Shown one piece after another: positions 1 to 6,510 of a stretch of DNA of 6,606 nt; within the stretch, counting starts at the first letter, position 1, and every line of letters starts with the position of its first letter. This DNA comes from Tubiluchus corallicola. Its lineage: Eukaryota > Animalia > Priapulida. Below the pieces are notes generated by a model, which saw nothing but the letters and a program-made list of their open reading frames with translations, had not been told where the DNA came from and made no database searches. The position numbers and the translations under genes are program-made. The stretch covers positions 1 to 6,606 of the forward strand of contig JAQGDQ010002245.1 in assembly GCA_030141605.1 (NCBI GenBank), written 5' to 3'.

Positions 1-283
1 CTACCTAAGTCTACATTTGAGTTACCAAGACACATTTGAACTACCTAAGTCTACATTTGAGTTACCAAGACACATTTGAACTACCTAAGTCTACAATTGA
101 GTTACCAAGACACATTTGAATTACCTAAGTCTACATTTGAGTTACCAAGACACATTTGAACTACCTAAGTCTACATTTGAGTTACCAAGACACATTTGAA
201 CTACCTAAGTCTACATTTCAGTTACCAAGACACATTTGAATTAACTAAATCTACATTTGAGTTAACGCAGGTCCATATTTGAC
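1..283. repeat. 40-bp minisatellite, six near-perfect copies plus a degenerate seventh, truncated by the window start
   Basis: Unit ctacctaagtctacatttgagttaccaagacacatttgaa recurs at 1, 41, 81, 121, 161 and 201 with isolated substitutions, and is degenerate at 241-283. The unit is a dimer of related 21- and 19-bp subunits sharing tacc..acatttga. Confidence 0.95.
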
Positions 284-286
284 ATG

Positions 287-612
287 TGTTGTGGAGTTTA
301 TTCTGGAAGATTCAATTACACAGTAGAACAATCTTCTTACCTTGTAGAAGTTTCGAGAACTTTCTATTTCTAGATTGTTCCTTTGCACTGATATATAAGG
401 CGGAGCTGGCCGCTGAAGTTTATTCTCTTGTATCCTCGTATTCTAGATACGCTTTCTCGCTTTCACGTTTCCAGATTATCACATTTACCGTAAACATTTC
501 ACGTTTCTTCATACTTTTGTCTTGTAGAATTCTCGTATAATAAACTAGTTTAATTTGACGACGTGTTTTCTGGTTTTCTCTACGAGCCTTCCGAGAGAAA
601 CAAAACACAACA
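287..612 (+). mobile_element. Candidate solo LTR of an LTR retrotransposon (326 bp)
   Basis: Starts TGTTGTG (287-293) and ends CACAACA (606-612), a perfect 7-bp inverted repeat with TG..CA termini. TATATAA at 392-398 and AATAAA at 539-544 are in U3-R-U5 order. No PBS, PPT or clean 4-5 bp TSD is visible. Confidence 0.6.
300..398 (+). promoter_or_regulatory. Heat-shock-element cluster plus TATA box
   Basis: aTTCt-gGAAg-aTTCa (300-314), aGAAg-tTTCg-aGAAc-tTTCt (346-365, perfect 4-unit nGAAn array), imperfect tTTCt-aGATt-gTTCc (367-381), and TATATAA (392-398). Confidence 0.55.
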
Positions 613-845
613 GTTGACAAGGGCTTTTTTCATATTTTTAATGTTTTGTAACGTTTTTTTGGACACGAAGAAATCAATTACTGTAGCCAAATTTTAGACA
701 AAATAATAATAAAAATCGACTTATCAAAAGTTTTCTATGAAAATAAATTTGAACGATTATTGATTTATTAGTTTTTTGTACTTGCTTGACCATACGTTTT
801 ACTGCTTATCTTGCTGGTTTTAATACGAAAATAAATAAAAGTTTC

Positions 846-1266
846 ATTCTCGACAAGTACAACACTTCCTAATTTCCCACACCTACTGCAGCAGTCACAC
901 CACAATCCTGGTACAGATTATTCAAAACAAGGCATCATTGATAAATCTTTAGAGCTGATGTAAATATAGCGCAATCTATTATATTTCTTTCTGCCATTTC
1001 CACTAACACATCCTTCTACCCTTCCTGTGTGATCTAATCTTTCTCCCAGTTCTTTTTTTTTGTCCATTCATCCATTTTTTATCGGGTTCACATGACAGTG
1101 GGCTTATACAAGCCTTTGCTTCTCTATCCCACTGCAGTACAATTATTCTTTTATTATAACGGTAGTGTATGAAACATAACAATTTAATACAGTAGATGTA
1201 ATAATTTTGATGTCACCGTGTGCTGTATATTGTACTGAATGTGATGATAATAATAATAATAAAAAA
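846..1266 (+). mobile_element. 5'-truncated non-LTR retrotransposon 3' end (CR1/L2-group LINE), copy 1, antisense to the host gene
   Basis: Reverse complement of about 2170-2597, roughly 85-90% identical by eye. Begins with the last ORF codons (ILDKYNTS*) and ends in a (TAA)n/A tail. Confidence 0.8.
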
Positions 1267-1384
1267 CAATAATTAAGTTGGTACAATCAGCAGTAGGCTT
1301 TATTTTGAGAAACACGCACTAGGCTGACCCTCACAGTGCAAAATAACGAAACATTTTTACATATTTTAGCATCTTAATCATTAC

Positions 1385-1507
1385 CAGTCGTACAAAATGC
1401 TTCATCAGTTGCATCACGGCAGTCTCTTTCCTTGTTGCAACGTCTCACTTCTTCAACACATTCACGACTTAGAAGACATTTGAAATATCCAACAGGACAC
1501 TTATTGC
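1385..1507 (-). CDS. Internal exon (123 nt, phase 1-1) encoding an LDLa module
   Basis: Acceptor ttttcttctacttcAG, donor GTaatg. Translates NKCPVGYFKCLLSRECVEEVRRCNKERDCRDATDEAFCTT: six Cys in LDLa spacing and a DCxDxTDExxC acidic motif. Confidence 0.92.
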
Positions 1508-2023
1508 CTGAAGTAGAAGAAAATGGGTTTGGTAGGCCATGGAGAACCTCTAAGTGGACTTAAAATATCAGTTACCTTGTTTCATGCATAATTTAAAATA
1601 TCCAACTATCAAGGATGCATGATACCTAATTGTCTCAAAAACGCCTAAGTACTGGCCGCTCCTATACAAAAGTATATAAAAACTGTCTGCAATTGACTCA
1701 AATAGCTCCGCACAATTGATTCTATATTTTTATACATAGAGATATACACGTGGTTACACTGCGGTACGTGATGAGTGACGGCCTGCCAGCTAGCGGTCAG
1801 CTTGTGAAATAATGTACGGGGTTCGTAAAATTTTCTGACACAAGTTCTGATTGGAAAAGGGCAGTATGTAAGTGGTATCAAATTTCAAGACTAATTTTCT
1901 AAGCTTTATGTTAGTGGAGAGTTTTCTTGCGCTTCAAGCAGCCGTATTACTCGCTGTAGTAATCATTGTTTGAATCACGTGACAGAAACGACTATTTTTT
2001 GCTGATGTAATGAGACATCTTAC

Positions 2024-2137
2024 CGCATTCGTCTTCATCACTTTCATTACTGCAATCGGGTTTTTCGTCACATTTAGCTGAGTCCAGATAGCAACCTAAA
2101 CCGTCAGCACATTTACTATATCCCTCTGGACAACTCC
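2024..2137 (-). CDS. Internal exon (114 nt, phase 1-1) encoding an LDLa module
   Basis: Acceptor ccgttctttttAG, donor GTaaga. Translates SCPEGYSKCADGLGCYLDSAKCDEKPDCSNESDEDEC: six Cys and an SDE motif. Confidence 0.92.
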
Positions 2138-2151
2138 CTAAAAAGAACGGC

Positions 2152-2672
2152 ATTTATTTTATTTATTTTTATTTATTATTATTATCACATTCAGTACAAT
2201 ATTGTGACATTAAGCACACAGTGATATCAAAATTATTACGTCATACTGTATTAAATTGTTATGTTTCATACACTATCATTATCATAAAAGAATAATTGTA
2301 CTGCAGTGGGCTAGAGAAGCAAAGGCTTGTACAAGCCCACTGTCATGTGAACCCGATAAAAAAAGAATGGATGAGTGAACAAAAAAAAAAGAACTGGGAG
2401 AAAGGTTAGATCACACGGAAGGGTGGAAGGATGTGTTAGTGGAAATGTGTAGGAAGAAAGATAATACATTGCGCTATGTTGACATCAGCTCTAAAGATTT
2501 ATCAATGATGCCTTGTTTTGCATAATCTGTACCAGGATTGTGGTATGACTGCTGCAGTAGGTGTGGGAAATTAGGAAGTGTTGTACTTGTTGAGAATCAT
2601 TGCTTTGTATTTCTTTCTAAGTTTTTGAATTGGCTGAACAGTTTTTAATTCATCATTTATGTCATTCCAAAG
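2152..2672 (-). mobile_element. 5'-truncated non-LTR retrotransposon 3' end (CR1/L2-group LINE), copy 2, sense to the host gene
   Basis: Minus strand 2672-2571 reads LWNDINDELKTVQPIQKLRKKYKAMILNKYNTS*, resembling the LWN..K....K..LL..Y ORF2 C-terminus of CR1/L2-group LINEs. It is followed by a 3' UTR with a stem-loop (2304-2342) and a TAA/TAAA tail, and matches 846-1266 in inverted orientation. Confidence 0.8.
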
Positions 2673-3163
2673 TCACTGTAAACAAAAGCCTAAGTAGTAG
2701 AAAATTGATTGTTTTATGATAATTATGCTAGTATTAACTATGGTATTGCAAACAATCAGCCTCTAGTACTGATATTGCTACAATGTTGTTTGTTTACTTA
2801 GGTATGAATAATTGAAAATTACTTGGTTATTGTATAATAAAGGTTAAAAGAAAACCGGATGATTGTGTAAACACGAGTTCAGAATAAAGAATGCTCTGAA
2901 ACAGAGAAAACTACAATAGCTTTTTATAAATCAAAGCTTAGATTAAATAATAATTACTTCGTATACTCAAATTTTGTTAAATTTTCAAAGCTACACGCAG
3001 CATAGTGAATTTACTAAGATTGGTAGCGGCGCCTTTTTGTCACATTCGCGTGGCCGACAAATAGAAGGCGGTACAGTGATAAGCATGATCATGAAAGGTT
3101 GTGTTAGTTTCTGACGTCATATGACGTAGCGCCCATTTTTTGTGACAAACAGTAAAGTAACAC

Positions 3164-3226
3164 CTATGCAAATGTGCTTGGCGCTCAAGGGAAGATGCCT
3201 GCCATTGCACAAACTGTGGTTAGTTT
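3164..3226 (-). CDS. Possible 63-nt phase 1-1 linker exon of the LDLa gene
   Basis: Acceptor ttattgcttatgtcAG, weak donor AG|GTgtta. Open in frame as TNHSLCNGRHLPLSAKHICI (two Cys). No recognisable domain. Confidence 0.3.
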
Positions 3227-3392
3227 CTGACATAAGCAATAACTGTGTTCGATTAATTAACTTTATAAACAAATTATTCCAAAATGGTCCTTTTCTAAAA
3301 TTAGTTTCGAAATTCAATTAATTGTGGTTTTTATAAAAATAATCTTGATATTAAGATTATAAATAATTATATTGTTTACATAAATGATAGAG

Positions 3393-3875
3393 CAGGGATG
3401 TGGAAATTGCGACCCGCTCAGAGAATTTGTGCGGCCCGCGAAGAGATTTGTCAACCTAATGAAAGTGCGGCCCGGGCGATTAATTGAGTGTATCCAGCTG
3501 AAGTCCGTGCCACGATCCCAAAGATAGTGCGGGTAGTTTTTTCTACTAGATCGGATGCCATTAACCCTTACAAGACGGTTGTAGCTTAATGTCACTGTAC
3601 TACACAGACTGTGTGATACACATTACTAATATGCATTGTAATGAAATTACCACTATCTGTCCTGAAAGTAGAAATACATGGTTTGTAATATAAATTTTAA
3701 TAACTTCTAAAATAGTTTCTTGAGTGTAGTAGTAATGATGTACGCAGGTCAGATGCAAAAAAAATCGTTACTAGGCCTTTCTGTACTTGGCTCCTTGATT
3801 AAACTGCCTGTGGCCCGCAGGAATTGCGAGAAAGTTTAATGTGGCCTAGATAGTCAGATAATTTGCACAACCCTG
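3393..3875. mobile_element. Non-autonomous hAT (Charlie/Buster-like) MITE, 483 bp
   Basis: TIRs cagggatgtggaaat (3393-3407) and atttgcacaaccctg (3861-3875) match 13/15. The 8-bp TSD is tgatagag (3385-3392) / tgatagat (3876-3883) with a central TA. Subterminal GCGGCCCG-like motifs are repeated. Confidence 0.85.
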
Positions 3876-3907
3876 TGATAGATGAATATAATAAGATGAA
3901 AAATTAC

Positions 3908-4027
3908 TGCAGAGAAGTTCATCTGTTCCATCTGAGCAAAGTTCCATTCCGTCACAGAGCGAGGAAGTCGGGTAATGATTAACACCGTCTGAACACTTCC
4001 TGAATTCTTCTGCTTCAGTGTGTAAAT
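3908..4027 (-). CDS. Internal exon (120 nt, phase 1-1) encoding a divergent four-Cys LDLa module
   Basis: Acceptor ttgctgttcacAG, donor GTaatt. Translates LHTEAEEFRKCSDGVNHYPTSSLCDGMELCSDGTDELLC, with LCDG..CSDGTDExxC. Lies within supplied ORF 3846..4040. Confidence 0.88.
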
Positions 4028-4077
4028 CTGTGAACAGCAACTTTAATTATTGCAAATATATTCACGATATAACAGGC

Positions 4078-4141
4078 ACTTACTTACTTACTCACTCACT
4101 CACTCACTCACTCACTCACTCACTCACTCACTCACTCACTT
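4078..4141. repeat. Compound microsatellite (ACTT)3(ACTC)12-13
   Basis: Directly visible. A short (AT)n run follows at about 4174-4188. Confidence 0.95.
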
Positions 4142-4245
4142 ATATAATAGGCGCTTAGTTTGTCATACTTGCAATATATATATATATAATGGCGTGTTAA
4201 GATTAGAGAGTTCTCTCGTCAGTTCTTGCGAAAGTTCTCTCTGAG

Positions 4246-4681
4246 ACTGAACTCGCAAGTGTGAACGACTTTACGAGTTCTCTCGATAAGTTATATCAAA
4301 TTCTCCGAGAGTTGTCTCTGAGAGTAAACTGTCAAGTGTGAACGACTTTACGAGTTCTCTCGATAAGTTATATCAAATTCTCCGAGAGTTGTCTCTGAGA
4401 GTAAACTGTCAAGTGTGAACGACTTTACGAGTTCTCTCGACAAGTTATTGCAAATTCTCCGAGAGTTGTCTCTGAGAGTAAACTGTCAAGTGTGAACGAC
4501 TTTACGAGTTCTCTCGACAAGTTATTGCAAATTCTCCGAGAGTTGTCTCTCAGAGTAAACTGTCAAGTGTTAACGACTTTACGAGTTCTCTCGACAAGTT
4601 ATTGCAAATTCTCCGAGAGTTGTCTCTCAGAGTAAACTGTCAAGTGTGAACGACCTTACGAGTTCTCTCGCATATTATTGC
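4246..4681. repeat. Left-arm tandem array, 77-bp unit, about 5.5 copies
   Basis: The gtgaac core occurs at 4261, 4338, 4415, 4492, 4569 (gttaac) and 4646, an exact 77-bp period. Confidence 0.95.
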
Positions 4682-6035
4682 GCAAGAACTCTTAGCAACT
4701 AACGGTTATTCTGCAATAACTTGTCGAGAGAACTCGCAAAATCGTTCACACTTGCGAGTTTACTCTCAGAGATAACTCTCAGCAACTCTCGGAGAGTTTG
4801 CAATAACTTGTCGAGAGAACTCGTAAACTCGTTCACACTTGCGAGTTTACTCTCAGAGAGAACTCTCAGCAACTCTCGGAGAGTTTGCAATAACTTGTCG
4901 AGAGAACTCGCAAAACCGTTCACACTTGCATGTTTACTCTCAGAGAGAACTCTCAACAACTCTCGGAGAGTTTGCAATAACCTGACGAGAGAACTCGCAA
5001 AATCGTTCAAACTTGACAGTTTACTCTCAGAGAGAACTCCCAGCAACTCTCGGAGAGTTTGCAATAACTTGTCGAGAGAACTCGTAAACTCGTTCAAACT
5101 TGCGAGTTTACTCTCAGAGAGAACTCTCAACAACTCTCGGCGAGTTTGCAATAACCTGAGAAGAGAACTCGCAAAATTGTTCACACTTGACAGTTTACTC
5201 TCAGAGAGAACTCTCAACAACTCTCGGAGAGTTTGCAATAACTTGACGAGAGAACTCGCAAAATCGTTCACACTTGACAGTTTACTCTCAGAGAGAACTC
5301 GCAAAACCGTTCACACTTGCATGTTTTCTCTCAGAGAGAACTCTCAACAACTCTCGGCGAGTTTGCAATAACCTGAGAAGAGAACTCGCAAAATTGTTCA
5401 CACTTGACAGTTTACTCTCAGAGAGAATTCCCAGCAACTCTCGGAGAGTTTGCAATAACTTGACGAGAGAACTCGCAAAATCGTTCACACTTGACAGTTT
5501 ACTCTCAGAGAGAACTCGCAAAACCGTTCACACTTGCATGTTTACTCTCAGAGAGAACTCTCAACAACTCTCGGAGAGTTTGCAATAACCTGAGGAGAGA
5601 ACTCGCAAAATTGTTCACACTTGACAGTTTTCTCTCAGAGAGAACTCCCCGCAACTCTCGGAGAGTTTGCAATAACTTGTCGAGAGAACTCGTAAAGTCG
5701 TTCACACTTGCGAGTTTACTCTCAGAGACAACTCGCAAAATCGTTCACACTTGCATGTTTACTCTCAGAGAGAACTCTCAACAACTCTCGGAGAGTTTGC
5801 AATAACCTGAGGAGAGAACTCGCAAAATCGTTCACACTTGACAGTTTACTCTCAGAGAGAACTCTCAGCAACTCTCGGAGAGTGTGCAATAACTTGTCAA
5901 GAGAACTCGTAAAGTCGTTCACACTTGCGTGCTCACTCTCAGAGACAACTCTCAGCAACTCTCGGAGAGTGTGCAATAACTTATCGAGAGAACTCGTACA
6001 GTCGTTCACACTTGCGTGCTCACTCTCAGAGAGAA
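4682..6035. repeat. Right-arm tandem array in inverted orientation, 87-bp unit with three 43-bp deleted units
   Basis: gttcacac/gttcaaac cores at 4744, 4831, 4918, 5005, 5092, 5179, 5266, 5309, 5396, 5483, 5526, 5613, 5700, 5743, 5830, 5917 and 6004 (spacings of 87 or 43). Confidence 0.95.
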
Positions 6036-6289
6036 CGTTCGCAAGAACTGGTGGGAGAACTCTCTCGTCTGAACGCCCAATAACATAATAGAGAACTTAT
6101 GTCGCATTTACGAAGTGCAAAAATGCAATTATAAAGATAAAAATTAATAAAAAATTAAATTCATTGCAGGTCCATCGTTTTTGGTCCTGATGTAAGCATA
6201 TCATCTTCTTTTTCCTATTTTTGTGAGTTAAACTATTTAATTTTAAATTTATTAGATAGTTAAAAAGATAGTTAAAAAGTTATTCATAC

Positions 6290-6400
6290 GGCAGTTTTCT
6301 TCGTCTGTGCCACAGTCGTCGTTGCCGTCACAAAACACGTGATTTGGTTGACAGGTGCCGTTACCGCATTTAGCATATTGAGGTAAACATTTAAAACCAT
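6290..6400 (-). CDS. Internal exon (111 nt, phase 1-1) encoding an LDLa module
   Basis: Acceptor ttatttgtgttAG, donor GTatga. Translates GFKCLPQYAKCGNGTCQPNHVFCDGNDDCGTDEENC: six Cys with CDGxDDC..DExNC. Confidence 0.92.
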
Positions 6401-6510
6401 CTAACACAAATAATTTTACATTTTATAAGAATTATGATGTGATTACAATAAATTATTTTTCTTAAATTTTAGGTCAAAATAGAAAACGATTTATTTATTA
6501 TCGTCCTACA

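Larger units (their letters stand above)
4190..6080. mobile_element. Non-autonomous palindromic (foldback-like) DNA transposon with tandem-repeat arms, probably PIF/Harbinger-related
   Basis: The outer ~105 bp of each end align ungapped as inverted repeats. This places TAA (4187-4189) and TAA (6081-6083) symmetrically as a 3-bp TSD. The arms are inverted arrays of one unit family. No transposase is present. Confidence 0.8.

Noticed and set aside
286-620. ORFs 286..540 and 420..620, or a minus-strand exon ending at the caag|GTaaga donor at 341
   Set aside because: No recognisable domain or good acceptor. The region is better explained as an LTR.
1645-1950. ORF 1645..1881, or a Tc1/mariner-like MITE (tactggccgct ... 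agcagccgta)
   Set aside because: The ORF is intronic with no motif, and the inverted match is too short and gapped.
846-2597. A single DNA transposon with ~420-bp TIRs capturing two exons
   Set aside because: The copies have different 5' truncation points, an ORF C-terminus and TAA tails, with no outer TSD. Two independent LINE insertions explain this better.
2820-2910. Strong minus-strand acceptor ttttctctgtttcAG near 2896
   Set aside because: The phase-1 reading hits a stop after four codons, which is incompatible with the neighbouring exons.
3314-3595. ORF 3314..3595
   Set aside because: It straddles the MITE boundary and AT-rich intron sequence and has no domain.
4050-4244. ORF 4050..4244 with THSL repeats
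   Set aside because: It is a translation of the (ACTC)n microsatellite.
4246-6035. CRISPR array
   Set aside because: There are no unique spacers, whole units are repeated, the context is a spliced eukaryotic gene, and no cas genes are present.
4699-6088. Repeat ORFs as a real LRR or coiled-coil gene
   Set aside because: They lie within one arm of a palindromic element. The 43-bp units break the frame, the 77-bp sister arm cannot keep a frame, and there is no LxxLxLxxN motif.
6254-6279. 12-bp tandem duplication agatagttaaaa
   Set aside because: Ordinary slippage in AT-rich intron sequence.
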